The notes beneath the pieces were generated by a model that saw only the letters and a program-made list of their open reading frames with translations, ran no database searches and was not told the origin of the DNA. The position numbers and the translations under genes are program-made. This document shows, piece by piece, positions 37,112 to 50,185 of a stretch of 64,000 bases of DNA (positions are counted from its first letter, which is position 1; every line of letters starts with the position of its first letter). Where the stretch lies: positions 558,001-622,000 of the forward strand of contig BQFW01000012.1 of NCBI GenBank assembly GCA_020891255.1, in the 5' to 3' direction. This DNA comes from Entomortierella parvispora E1425 (lineage: Eukaryota > Fungi > Mortierellomycota).

Positions 37112-38232
37112 GGTTTTTCTCTCTCTCTCTCCTCAACAGCTGCTCCATCCGTGGATCGCCGATCCCTGATTGGTCCTCAATCGCCGATGTTTGTTCACAT
37201 CTTCTGTTTAAAAATGCTCTCTTTCTTCCTCAACCTAACCTCAAGCCCCAGTGCAACCAGGAGTGGAGTGGTCTGCATTTGATTTGGGCGTAGTAAGTTC
37301 TTTCCTCGGTCGTTCGTTCGTTCGTTCGCTCCTCCTTAGTGTTTTTTCGCAACTTTCTTTGATCATTCGATTTGTCCGTTCTGTCCGCTCGCCACCAACG
37401 ATAGTTTGCTTCGGGTACAATTGTGCCACACTACGACTCGCTCCTCTTCCATGGACCATGGGTTTGCGTATGTTTTTTTCCTCTCTGTGTGTTGCTCTCA
37501 ATCTACACCACCATTCGTCCATTTCTAGTGCCAACGAACAGCTCCCTTTTTTTTGTATTTCTCACCACTACTGTTCCTTAGAACTGCTGACCCACAGCTC
37601 CTCGGGCTCAAATCATCCGTAATCGCCTCCATCCCTCCATGAATAATGGTTGCATAAAATACAGCGACGCTTGGATCCCATCCTTTGTGTCGCAGGTTTT
37701 CTTGTCTGCCAGTTGCTTGGAGTAAACCGGAATCTTTTTTGGACCACATCAACCGCAACGTCTTTATTTTCCCGCTCAACGACAATTGGGTTGTGAGTAG
37801 GAGTTCGAGGGGAGAAAAGGGGGATCCCTTCCGACTCTTGAACCACCCATGGTGGTGTCTGGTGTGTTATGTGAATGCTTCCAGTTTCACCGGGCAACCC
37901 CGACGAGGCAAGTCGAGTGCATAGCACTGATGGCAGAGACAGCATTGACAGCACTGACAGGACTAGCAGGCGGTGTCAGTCCCAACGCTGTTTTTTCCAA
38001 GTCAGGGAGACGAGACACTTCCAGGGGTGCCAGCCAGCCTGACTTGCCCCTGCATCCTGTCGAAAAGAGGAGAGAAAATCGACATCACGTGCTTAACTGA
38101 TCACCGTACATCCTGCTCATGCATGAGCTGCGATCCGTGTCTGCTCGCCACCGCTGTTTTCTGTCAGTTTTTTTATAAGGTCGAGGCGAAAGGCGGATCT
38201 CTTCTCCATCCTTCCATCACTCTCGAATCAAC

Positions 38233-40101
38233 ATGACCGTCGGAGTAAGTCCTCGCTGGCTCATCTGCACAGGATTTTCTATACTCTCTGCCATTGTCCT
38301 GATCGATCTGGAGTAAGGCAGGAGAGAGACTCTACCGCATCGACGCGCATATATTGACTTTGGCCGGCCTTTTCCCCCTATAGACCATCTACTCCTACCC
38401 CCAGAACCCCCGTGTTTTCAAGGCTGTCGTTGCCGCTGCCTACAACGGCCTTGAGGTCAAGGTCGATGACAAGTTCGTCATGGGCACCACCAACAAGACC
38501 CCCGAGTGGATGGCCAAGTTCGGTGCTTCCCAGGTCCCCGCTTTCGAGGGTGCTGACGGCACTGTCCTCATCGAGTCTGGCGCTATTGCCCACTACCGTA
38601 AGTCTTTTATTTTTATATCCCATGTCCTGTCAACAAGAAAGGCTGGACTTTTGTAGGCCCTTGATTGAAACCAGGACTTTATCAGAACACGTTCAGAAAG
38701 GAAAAGGAAGGAGAGGGTTACCCAAGCAAGAAGAGTGAAGGATGAACTAGTTTTTTAATCAGTTATCCCTGACTTAATCTCTTTGTGTCGAGAACTTGAT
38801 TTCTGATTCTCTTCTTGCTCGGGATCTACTCTGTTTCTCTTTCTTTGGCGTTTTTTGCCCCACACACCTTGCGCCATCTGACGTCAAGTGTTTTTTTTTG
38901 AGGAGAAAGAGGAAATATCAGTGAGGGAACACAAAGCATCAGTCACACAGGCGCGCCAAGATGATTTCTAACGGCAGTTTTGACGATTTAGTTGCTCACC
39001 TCAAGGCTGACTCTGTCATCATCGGCAAGACCGTCGCTGAGGAGGCTCAGATCCAGCAGTGGGTTCAGTTCGCTGACTGCTCCGTCGGACCTTACCTCGG
39101 TGCCTGGATCTACCCCATTCTCGGATACGTTCCGTAAGTTCGGAACGAGGAAATGTTCATTTTTACGCCTCAAGGAAACCACCCGTATTCATGTTATCAA
39201 TCATTTCAATAGTTACAACAAGGCCAACGAGACCGCTGCCATTGAGCGCGTCAAGGGTGCCTTCGCTACCTTGGAGCGTCACTTGATCAAGAAGACCTAC
39301 CTCGTCGGTGAGCGCGTCACCTTCGCTGATATCTCTGCTGCTTCCTCCCTCTACATGGGTTTCAAGCTCATCTTCGATGCTCCTTTCCGCAAGGAGTTCC
39401 CTGCCGTCACCCGCTGGTTCACCACCATCGTCAACCAGCCCAAGTACAAGGCTGTTGCCGGTGAGTTCGCTCTCTGCGAGACCCCCTTGAAGTTCACTCC
39501 CCCCAAGAAGGAGGCCAAGGAGAAGAAGCCCGAGGCTGCCAAGCCCAAGAAGGAGGAGAAGCCCAAGGCTGCCAAGGAGCCCAAGGAGGAGGAGGAGGAG
39601 ACCTTCCAGGATGCCCCCAAGCCCAAGTCCAAGTTGGACTTGTTGCCCGCTGCCAAGATGCCCCTCGATGAGTGGAAGCGCCAGTACTCCAACAACGATA
39701 CCCCCGTTGCCATGAAGTGGTTGTGGGAGAACATTGACTTGACTACCGACTACTCTTTCTGGAAGGTCGACTACAAGTACAACGACGAGTTGACCAAGTT
39801 GTACATGTCCAACAACTTGGCTGGTGGTTTGATGAACCGTTTGGAGCGTGCCCGCAAGTACGCTTTCGGATGCTTGGTTGTTGCCGGTGAGGATAACGCC
39901 AACGTTATCACCGGTTACTTCATTGTCCGCGGTAACGCCGAGGAGATGGTCGAGGAGATCACCGATGCTGCTGATTACGATTCGTACAACTGGGTCAAGA
40001 TCAACGTTGACGAGGAGAACAAGCAGAAGATCAACCAGGTCTTCGCCTGGGAGGGCTCTGTTGAGGGCAAGCCCATCATGGACGGAAAGGTCTTCAAGTA
40101 A
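38233..40101 (+). CDS. TEF4: Translation elongation factor eEF1B-gamma, 4 exons
   Basis: GST-N (TIYSYPQNPRVFK...ESGAIAHY), GST-C (YLVGERVTFADI...FPAVTRWFTT) and EF1G domain (LDEWKRQYSNNDT...WKVDYKYNDEL..YMSNNL). Strong codon bias. Confidence 0.98.
38735..38808 (+). ncRNA. snR38: Box C/D snoRNA snR38 homologue in intron 2 of eEF1B-gamma
   Basis: 10-bp terminal stem GCAAGAAGAG (38726-35) / CTCTTCTTGC (38809-18), C-like box AGGATGA (38739-45) and D box CTGA (38803-06). Guide CAGTTATCCCTG (38760-71) is complementary to the conserved LSU rRNA sequence CAGGGAUAACUG. Yeast snR38 (Gm2815) lies in the TEF4 intron. Confidence 0.8.
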
Positions 40102-40211
40102 ATCATTTACTTGCAAGAATTATTTTTCAATTCCAATAAACACACATCATGAAAACAAATGCTTTTGGACCGGTCCTTCTCTTCGCCACTGAACGGCTTG
40201 TATTGTTGCTA

Positions 40212-42218
40212 CTATGAAGAAAGTGATGAAGTGGATCCTGGTGGTGTATGAGGCTGTTGATGAATGCCACGCAGGACTGGCGGATCTCTCCGTACAAAGA
40301 TCCCACGATGAGGAACCATGGGCAAGAACACGACTTGTGGCCGATCTTTGTGGGCTTGGTCATTTAACTTTCTGTGAGCGCCTTCTGTGGCCTTTGAGAG
40401 GGCAAGCTTCCTGTTAATGCCGGCAACGAGACCCTGTTCAGCGAAAATGGCGAAGAGTTGTTTAGAGAGTAACAGTGCACCTCTGGCATACGGCTCTCGC
40501 TCCTGCTGGTACCGGGTCAGCGCTGACCTAATCTCGGACATGGAGTTGGACTCGAGTTGATAGATTAAGTTGGCAAGGGCGGCACTTTCAGATATGTTGA
40601 TGTTGTCGATCATACCAGCAGACGGAGGGAACTTGTGGCAAGCTAGTCATTGAGCAAGAGAAGTGTCAGCGTAGGTGAGGAGTGAAGGTGAGGGTGATTT
40701 GTGCTATCAACTTGTTATCATAACAGTTGGTTTCGATTCCATTTTCTTATATACCATTTCCCAAGAGAACAGTCCGTTGACTGTGCCAAATGTCGTAGAT
40801 CTTTTCTTGAACGAGGACTTTGGACATGAGAGGTCGAGGACTCTGCCTAAAGATATCGGCCATGGTTCCACCGTATGGACATACATAGTGCTCATACTTT
40901 GAACACATTTCGTCGATCGCTTCCTGTCCAAACTCACTCGCTTTGAATCCATCGTCGCCCATGGCCTTGTCTGATTTTTCAATGGGCGTGGTGATGGTCC
41001 ACTGAAGTCTCCTGTTGGCTGTAGGCATGCACCAGTACTTTTTGGTACAAACGATATTAATCTCAAAACAACGTAGCATTAGAAAATAACAACAATCTCG
41101 ATCTTCTCACTTACGGTATGCTTGTTCTTTTGTCCCATAACGATCACAAAATCCGAGTAAGGCAGGTCCAAGTCCGGATAGAGGATTCTATCCAATGGCT
41201 GAGTGATACCCATCACAGTCCAGGCTCGTTCGCCACGATCTTCCTCTTCATACAAGCTGGTGCCTGATCCGCTATGATGTACCATGGTTACTTTGGCGCT
41301 GCCTGATTTCGCTTTTACCGAAGTCAGTGGTTCTGTCATGCCGTCTTCGCCGTCCCTGGAGGAAGACTTGTGCACTGGAGTAGAGGAGGCTAAGGAATTT
41401 GAAAATGCCGCCGCTGCGGCCGCTTTGGCCGCTGCCACCTGGGCCGCGGCCGCTTTCTTGGCTGCATCAATTTGTCTATAAAGATTGGCTCGGACAGCGC
41501 TATTGGGACCATCGGCTCCGACAAGCAGGTCCCCGGAATAGGTGGAGCCGTCTGCACAGCGAACCAGGACCCCTTGATCACTCTGGGTGGTGGAGAGGAC
41601 TCTTTTTCCAAGAAGGATCTTTTGTTTGGGGACCCCTCGCAGCAAGACGTTGTAGAAGGCTGGGCGGGGGAGAACCAATGTTGGGTATCCATAGCTGTCA
41701 AGATGTTGTTTGTTTGTTTGTTAGTTGCGTGACCCAAAATGAAAAAAGAGAGATCTCGAAAACATAAAAGAGACCACGCAAGCGCATCTTGAAGGCGCTG
41801 TCCTTTACCGTTGTTCAAAGATGGAACCATCAAACTCGCCCACAGTCTCGTCCATATTGCCCTGTCGCTTGATCTTGAACTTTCGTGCGGGCAACGAATT
41901 GGCTTCAATCTCTCGTAAGAACCCGAGTTGCTCTAACAGGGGCAGGACGACTGCGCTGAGGACACAGGTTCGTGAGGGGGGCAAGAAGGTAGATTTCTTC
42001 TCTAGTAATAAGTAATCGATCCCAGCAATCTCGAGCAGGAGAGCGAGCATTAAGCCCGAGGTACCTGTTGCGGCAGGTGAGGGGGGCGAGGGGGCTAATC
42101 GTTAATATAAATGGGGCCCTTGACCGTTGTGACCATGTTGGTTGATGTTGTACAGCACGGAGAACGAAGAATTACCTGCTCCAACGATAAGGACCTTGAT
42201 ATTCTTGTTGTGTGTCAT
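40212..42218 (-). CDS. FAD-dependent monooxygenase (FAD_binding_3 / salicylate-hydroxylase-like), multi-exon
   Basis: Rossmann motif KVLIVGAG|TSGLMLALLLE, DG motif LLVGADGPNSAVR, VWHSQRTVLLG and DACHKFPPSAG (GD-motif-like). Confidence 0.88.
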
Positions 42219-45200
42219 TTTTTTCTCTTCTCTTTTTATATATGCCGTCCCAACGGAGAGTACAAACACTTGAAGGGGAGGAGGAGCAGCGTGTCAATGA
42301 ATGAGATGATGGGGAGAGGCAGGAGGGGAATGGAATGAGGTGGGAATGAATCGGGTCTAAAATGGTGAGAGCATTGGCTGACAAGACCCACGCCGGGGTT
42401 GTGGAGGAGGTGATGCCTGCCATGCGACGGAGTGTGTGTGCCTGAATAAACAGCATCCGCCCATGTTTTTTTTTTCTTTTTTTTTTCTCGTGTTCCTGAA
42501 AGCATATCGATTCTCATTCATCTCATTCCAGCTCCCGCGCTCTGTTTTTGGGCAGAGGTATGTGCATGCAAGGGGACGGCAAGTCGGCAGACTTGGGGGA
42601 GAGCAAAATAAAGAGAGGAAGAGAGAGAAAAAAAAGAAACGGGAGCCATACCGGCAGCTGTTTGCGGACATTTGTCTGTTATCTAGACCTGTGTGGCCGC
42701 CCAATTTGTATCCCTTCATGCATGACAGATGTCATTCCAGCAATCTGTTCTTGTGTGAGAGTAGGAGAGATTCTCGAGTGTCTCTAATTCGGTCCTTGCA
42801 ATCTTTGTAATCGGGCATGTATTCGCAGCTCAGCTGTCTAGACCGAAATCTCAGGGTGGTGGGCACAAGGACGGCGTCCTTTGTTTGCCTTGAACTTCTT
42901 TTTTTGTATCCTCATCTATACCCCACAAAAACAATTACTCCCGAGTAATTGTGGGCCATGTAAGAGTAGACTAGTTGAGAGTGTTGCGGGAGAGATGAAG
43001 AAGGCAAGAAGGGGTTGGGGGAGCCTTCATATTGCTCTGAGCAGGATCCATTTATGTAGCTTAACGGCCTTCCGACATGGTATCCTATGCGTCCATCCAC
43101 CCCATTTGTACAAAACGCGGGGGGAAAGTGGCATCGTCGTTACTCCACGGGCTACGGGGTCTTCTGAGGAAACGTTAATCACTCAGGGAGCTTTGCAAAG
43201 ATAGCGAACGCTTTTCTACGTTTCGCAAAAACAGAATGAGCCAGCGCGGGGAAATAAGCATGCCTCCTTTTTTCGTGTGAGAAAGAAAGCCAAGAGATAA
43301 AGAAACACAACATTTGTGAACTCGGGAACAAAAGAACATTCAAGGATTGAAACAGGAGCACAAAAACAAACGCGGGGGGACGAGAAGCGTGGGTGAGGGT
43401 GTGGGGTTATTTGGAAGACATCGTGTACTGCATGCATTTGAGTCGCACTGCACGCGTGGGGAAAGAGAAGAGAGGCACTCATCCTCGGGAATTAAAGCCA
43501 GGATTTGATCCAAGGCTATATATCATGGCTCAAAGTCGGGGAACCTCCTTATGCAATCCTTGTAAACTTGACTGTTTGTTCTTCCATGCCTCCATGTCTT
43601 ACCTTGGAGCGTGTTCCGCTTGCCCATTTCCAGTCGACATGTCCACTGGTCGAGGTTGCATCCTTCCCGTTTGTCTACACTGCAGCTCTAGTCTCTTCCG
43701 CTTCCGACCGTGTCGTGCACTTGGATCGACTTCTATGGAAGAAGAGGATGGCTCCGTCTTCTAAAATCAACAAAACGCCATCACCCCGCATCGTCTCGTA
43801 TTCTGCGATTGGCAAAAACTAGTTTGTTGTCCACCTTCTGCGCGGTCGGTGCACAACTCCCTTCGAGACTCTCCATTTTACTCAGTTGGCGTGACCTCCC
43901 CTTTGCCCGCGTTCATTCCAACCCAGCCCAGATTTTTCTACTCTCCCACGCTTCTCGTGGCAATTCTCCAGAGCGAGCCCTCTTTCTTTCCCCTTTATTT
44001 TTTTCATCGGCCGCTCTGCCCAATTGTCCTTTGTGGGCCAACAATCCAAGAATATCGAAAGGTGTTTCCTGTTCGAATGTTATTTGTTCGTGTAACCACC
44101 AATCGATGAACTCAAACGGAGTCCAGGGCAAGGGGAGAGTCAGCCAACTCTCTTCCAATGGATGGGCAACGTGTCGTCAACTCGAGTCTTTCCAAAGTGC
44201 AGAAGGTCAAGAACCCATCATCCTATCAGCAAACGCGGTGCAACCTCTTTCCATGGATGTTCGGAGCGGTACCTCCGTTCTCTCTTCTGAAGTGCGGTGT
44301 CAGTACATGTAACAGCCTTCTCTGGCTAGAGGCCGTCTGATTATCGAGTACGTGAAAGGATTGCTGGATTAACAAAAGCTATGATCAGGTGGGTCCAAGG
44401 AGCACTGGGGGAAAAAAAGGAAATGATAGAGAATTAACGATGGTAATAACGCGAATCTGATGATGTACGGCGTTTTACGCCTGCATCTCCTTCAATCCCG
44501 TAATACGGCACAGGGATAGAAACAAATGACGAGCGAGCGGGTCGTTCACAAGACAACAAACAACAGCTGCAACCTCAATGAAGATCCGACACACAACAAA
44601 CTCGGAGGGATGATGGTGGGTTCCGAAGTCAAATAAAAACAAACAACAACATGGCAGGCGTGTTTAATGGTTTAAAGAGTAAAGAGAAATAAGGTCTTTC
44701 TCGTCCTTCTACTTTCACCGATCGCTCAACCCTGATGATTTTTTTTATTCCTGGGGAAATGAAAATGAGGGATTTTTTTTTGAGCTGGGTAGTCTCCGTC
44801 CTTATTCCTCTCACTATCGTGTACTCTTCTTTGTTGTTGTTTGTCTCCTCGTCATCCATCAGTTGCTTCTCTATCATGGATCAGATGGCACCACTCTGGA
44901 GTAGATGGTTTTGTCACGAAAGAGATCTCCATTTCTCTTTTTTTTTTTTTTTTTTTTTTTTGATGATAACGGATTAAAGCAGGAGGAGAGATGGATACGA
45001 GTCAGAAGGAACCCGCCAAATTCGTTTGTATTTGAAACTGAACCTCACGCGAGGAGAAACGGCTACCATGCTATGTCTTAGTGTCAAGTTCGCTCAGATA
45101 AAGGGTCGATCTACAGCTCTGACAAAAATAAAAGAGCCAAAGGGCACATTTTTTCATTTCGAACTGGATGACGAAGGGGGAGGATACAAAAGGACAAAAG

Positions 45201-46714
45201 GCCAAGTTGTTGACAGACCACTGGCGCTACTCGACAGGCTAATGTTCACAAGGAAGAGGAGAAAAAAAACGGGTTTCTGCACCAGGTCTCTGTTGTACCA
45301 CGGTTGACGGGTTGAGCAAGTTGTTCATTTGTCGGTAAGTTTGGCACATGGCGTGCGAACAGCGGACCCGACGATTTTTGATCTTCTTATTTCCAGCTCA
45401 GCAACACAGAGTTGTACCTCTTTTTTATGACTGGCCGAGGGTGGAACTACATATCAAGGATAAGGTGAGGGGCACAGAGTTGGAATGAAGAGTGGACAAT
45501 GAACGGAAAAGATGAGGGAATTAAGCAACAACTCCCGGAAGGAACTCAGGGTGATCTGATAGCCGAAACGAGACCATTTGGCTACTCCGAAGCCTCTTCG
45601 TCTCTGAACAACACTCTGGTTCCCCACGTTCGGTTCTGAGTCAGGCCCCGATTCAAACTACCGTATGCAGACATAGGCTTGTTGCCCCGCTTTGGCGGCT
45701 ACCGTCCTAGTTGCATCTACTGAAGCTGGCAAACGATCGATCGATCCCCTCGTTGATCTTGCTACTCTGTCCATTAACAGCAAAGGAATAGGACCGCTCT
45801 TCTGCTTCTTTTGTCAGCAAATGAACGGCGATACTGTAGTACTGAGGATAGGATGAGGAGTGGTCTACCTGCTCGACTTGCACACGCACAAGTGCATGCA
45901 AAGCTTCCGCAGACTCCATACGATACACAGCTATCCAACAGATAGTCGAGCGTGGTTGTTTGTGTTCCTCGGACCCACAGCAAGAACAACGAGGTAAAAA
46001 AGGACCAACCCTCGGGTACTATTATCCTCCAATCAGTTCGGTGTCTATTCTGTGAGAGTTCTCATCTGTTACACATATCTCTTGCTTCTCTCTCAAGGTT
46101 GAAGATTACAGTACATGTATTCTAAAGCTATTCTCAAAAGAGAAAAGAGAGGGGAAGACTGAGGAAGAGGGGTAGCCTATTCAATGTAAGCTACAGTAAA
46201 CTTTAGTCGATGGTGCCACCCGCCAACATTGGCGACCACTCAGAGCGCGTCCCCACTCGCTGCACCTTCCAGAGATTCTTTCGCCCTTTTTTTTTTCTTG
46301 TGCATCCTTGAAGTCCGTTACATTTTTATATTAGGCAGGAGAGAGGCCTATTTTAAAATTGTTCGTTCTTAGACGGGGGGCAAGTGATGTTACCGACAAA
46401 ATGCATGCTCGCAGACACCCCATTTTGGTGAGCCCGCGCTTGTTTGTGGTCATGGCCCACACCCTCAATGCCCTTGCCTTGGTTCCTCTTCCTTTCCATT
46501 CCTGTGCCCAGACAACGTCGTCGTCTACTTTTTTTCACCATGCAGTTCGCAATCTGGCGATTGAGTCGACCCTGGCTTATTCTATCCTTGCCTCACTCAC
46601 TCTTTGCTAGTGTGAGCAGCCAGCTGTCTCTATTTGTGAATCCTTGAATCGAAAGGAGGCGGGAGGAGCCAAGGGCAAGATAACAAAGCCATTTGCGACC
46701 CCTCCTCCAATTCG

Positions 46715-46721
46715 TATAAAA
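46715..46721 (+). promoter_or_regulatory. TATA box and downstream CT-rich tract of the PMA1 promoter
   Basis: TATAAAA about 230 bp upstream of ATG 46949, followed by a long pyrimidine-rich tract typical of highly expressed fungal genes. Confidence 0.55.
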
Positions 46722-46948
46722 GGACCATAGCCCTGATACATTTCTTTCCGGTTTCTTTTTGTTTCTTTTCCTTCATCTCGTCAAGTCATCCTTCTCTTTC
46801 TCTCTCTCTCTTTTTTCCTTTCTCTCCACTCCTCCCTCTCTCCCTCCCTCTCTTCTCCACTTCTTCCTCACCCGTTGTCCATCCTGTCTTCCTAAAGATC
46901 TCCCAAGGACAGTTCGTTCAGAACAAAGACTATACCCAGCCATTAACT

Positions 46949-49927
46949 ATGTCTGAAAAGATTGAAGGTACAAAAGCGCGATGCGCCACCTCAGAGCCCT
47001 ATCCTATCAACCTATCCACTTATCCACTGCAGAGGACATGCCGCACCACGACCTACATGTTCCCTTCACTACCCTCACCGCCCTGCTCCTCCCTGCCTGC
47101 ATCCTTTCTCATGTTCTCTGCACTGCGCCCTAAATCATGTCACCTATAGGCCACATTCAACACACCATTGACCATCCTATTCCTTCTTTTGTCTCTGCTC
47201 TTGTCAGGCGAACACCACAAGGGTCAGCTTGAGGTTCAAGAGGCCGAGCACCACGAGCACTGTGATGAGATCTCGCCTGAGCTCGAGGCCCTCCTGAAGA
47301 CGGACCCCAAGCATGGTCTTACAGCCACGGAGGCCGCTACCCGGTTGGCCCAGTTTGGACCCAACGAGTTGGCGGAGGTGAAGCGCAACCCCTTCCTCAA
47401 GTTTTTGAGCTACTTCACTGGAGCAATTGCCTACTTGATCGAGGTTGCTTGCATTATCTCTGCCGTGGTCGGAGACTGGTTGGATTTCGGTATTATCTTG
47501 GGATTGTTGTTGGTCAATGCTTGTATTGGTTTCGTTGAGGAGTCCAAGGCTGAGTCGGCCTTGGATGCTTTGCGTCAGACCTTGGCGTTGAAGACGCGCT
47601 GCTGGCGTGATGGTCATTTGGTCGAGTTGGATGTTGCTGCCCTGGTTCCTGGTGATATCATTGTTCTTCGTCTCGGCGACATTGTTCCCGCCGATGGTCG
47701 TCTTTTGGGTATTGGTGCCACTGGTGAGGCCACCGAGGGTGATCTCTTGATTGACCAGTCTGCCTTGACTGGAGAGTCCCTCCCCGTGGCCAAGTCCAAG
47801 GGCAAGACCGTCTATTCGTCTTCGATCGTCAAGCAAGGCCAGCAGATGGCTGTTGTCACCAAGACTGGTGGAGACACCTTCATTGGTCGTGCTGCCAACT
47901 TGATTTCCATTACCACTGAGGAGGGTCACTTCCAAAAGATTATCAACCGCATTGGAAACTTCTTGATTCTCATCACCGTTGTCCTCGTTGCCACCATCAT
48001 GGTCTACCAGCTTGTTCGCTTCAGGGGCCAGGAGGAAGGCAGGTTCATGATCGTTCTCTCCAAGATCCTTGTTTTGACTGTTGCTGCCATCCCCGTCGGT
48101 CTCCCCACCGTTATGTCGGTCACCATGGCCGTTGGTGCCAAGCAGCTCGCTGCCAAGAAGGTCATTGTCAAGCGTCTCACAGCTGTCGAGGAGATGGCTT
48201 CTGTCTCTGTCCTCTGCTCTGACAAAACTGGAACCCTTACCTTGAATGAGTTGACTTTTGATGAGCCTTACCTTGCCAATAACTACTCTGCGGAGGATGT
48301 CCTCTTGTACTCTTACCTTGCTGCCGAGGCTGGTGCCAATGATCCTATTGAGTTTGCCGTCCGTACCGCCGCTGAGGATCAGCTCGAGATTTTGAAGGGT
48401 CGTACCCACAAGCACGAGATTCCCGGATTCAAGGTCACCTCCTTCTTGCCCTTCAACTCCTCCACTAAGTTGACTCAGGCCACCATCACCAACCTCCAGA
48501 CCAACTCTACCTTCAAGGTCGCCAAGGGTGCTCCCCAGGTCATCATTCACCTTGTCGGTGGTGATGATGATGCCGTTCGCGCCGTGAACTCTCTTGCCAA
48601 GCGTGGTCTTCGTGCCCTCGGTGTTGCCCGCACTGTTGAGGGTAACATGGATCGTTGGGAGTTGATTGGTATGATCTCGCTGATTGACCCTCCCCGCCCC
48701 GATTCTGCCGAGACCATCCGCCGCTGTAATGATATGGGTGTTTCTGTCAAGATGATTACCGGTGACCAGTTGATCATTGCCAAGGAGGTTGCCCATCGTC
48801 TTGGTATGCAGCGCGTCATGTTGGATGCTGGACACTTGATTGACGCTGACAAGTCTGAGGATGAAATTACCGAGCACTGCATCCGCGCTGACGGTTTCGC
48901 TCACGTCATTCCAGAGCACAAGTACCGCGTGGTTGACCTGCTCCAGAAGCGTGGTATCCTTGTCGGTATGACTGGTGATGGTGTCAACGATGCCCCTGCT
49001 CTCAAGAAGGCCAACGTCGGTATTGCTGTCCACGGATGCACTGATGCTGCCCGCTCTGCTGCCGATATTGTCTTGCTTGCCCCCGGTTTGTCGACCATTG
49101 TCGACGGCTTGATGACCTCTCGTGCCATCTTCCAGCGCATGCGTTCCTATGCTCTTTACCGTATTACCTCCACTGTTCACTTCTTGATGTTCTTCTTTGT
49201 TGTCGTCATGGCCTACGACTGGTCCCTCCCCGCACACTTGCTGATCTTGATTTGCATCTTGAACGATTTGGCCACTTTGGTCATTGCTGTCGATAACGCC
49301 CAGATCTCTGCCCGTCCTGACAAGTGGAGAATCGGTCAGTTGATCACCATGTCGATCGTCCTTGGAATCTGCCTCTCGGCCTTGTCCTTTGCCCATTTCT
49401 TTATCTTCTGGAAGGTCTACGGCTACGAGCCCCTGCCTCACAAGGCACCTATTGAATTGCGCAAGCTCGAGTCCATCATGTACTTGCACATTTCCTCCGC
49501 TCCTCACTTTGTCATCTTCTCGACCCGTTTGGCTGGTTACTTCTGGGAGAACCTGCCTTCACCCATCTTTGCCGCCGTCATCATTGGTACCCAGATCATT
49601 GCCTTGCTGATGGTCATCTTTGGAGGCTTGACTCCCAAAGTCCCCGCTGGAGAGGCCATCGTTGTTCTGTTGATCTCCTTTGTCTTCTTCATCATCTTGG
49701 ATGTTGTCAAGGTCCAGATGTTCAGGCATTGGTCCTTTGAATTGACCGCCACCTTGGTCCCCACCTCGGCCCGCCGCGCCAAGTTGGCCACCCGTAAGGC
49801 TGCCAAGATCCAGCAGCAGCGCGTCTGGAACTCTATCGATAACGTCCGCAAGGTCGCTGTCATGACAGCCGTCGTCTCCTCCTTCAAGAATGAAAACCAA
49901 AAGGAGTCCTATGGCGAGACCAAGTAG
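46949..49927 (+). CDS. PMA1: Plasma-membrane H+-ATPase (P3A type); exon 1 46949-46967, exon 2 47208-49927
   Basis: DQSALTGESLP, AAIPVGLP, the phosphorylation site CSDKTGTLTLN, VAKGAPQVI, DPPRPDS, MITGD and TGDGVNDAPALKKA. Confidence 0.98.
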
Positions 49928-50185
49928 AGGGAGGTCGTTTATTATCTAGGGGAGGAGGGGCAAGGGAATCTTTTCCTTGTCTCTAATTTAGTTCTCCAAA
50001 AGTCCACCGCATCTACTTGTATCTACTACCTTTGCACATATCATGAATAGATTGTATTTCACCCTTTTTGTTTATAAAAATGTTTTATCAGCTGAAACCT
50101 TGTGGTGTAGTAAGATAGAGTACAGAGCGGTCGTTTCAGTCGTCGACCAGAAGATAATAAGCTACAAGTACGATGAGAGAGAGCC

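Noticed and set aside
36621-37148. N-terminal ~190 aa of the 918-aa SEL1 ORF as called by the track
   Set aside because: Reads through an intron (donor 37069, acceptor 36621) and has a non-protein-like composition.
39163-40116. 317-aa antisense ORF opposite eEF1B-gamma
   Set aside because: Same codon-bias shadow effect.
45707-45928. 73-aa minus-strand ORF in the PMA1 upstream region
   Set aside because: Short, no recognisable motif, and no good start context. Left as unsupported.
47204-49507. 767-aa antisense ORF opposite PMA1
   Set aside because: Shadow frame produced by the strong codon bias of a highly expressed gene. It has no independent motifs.
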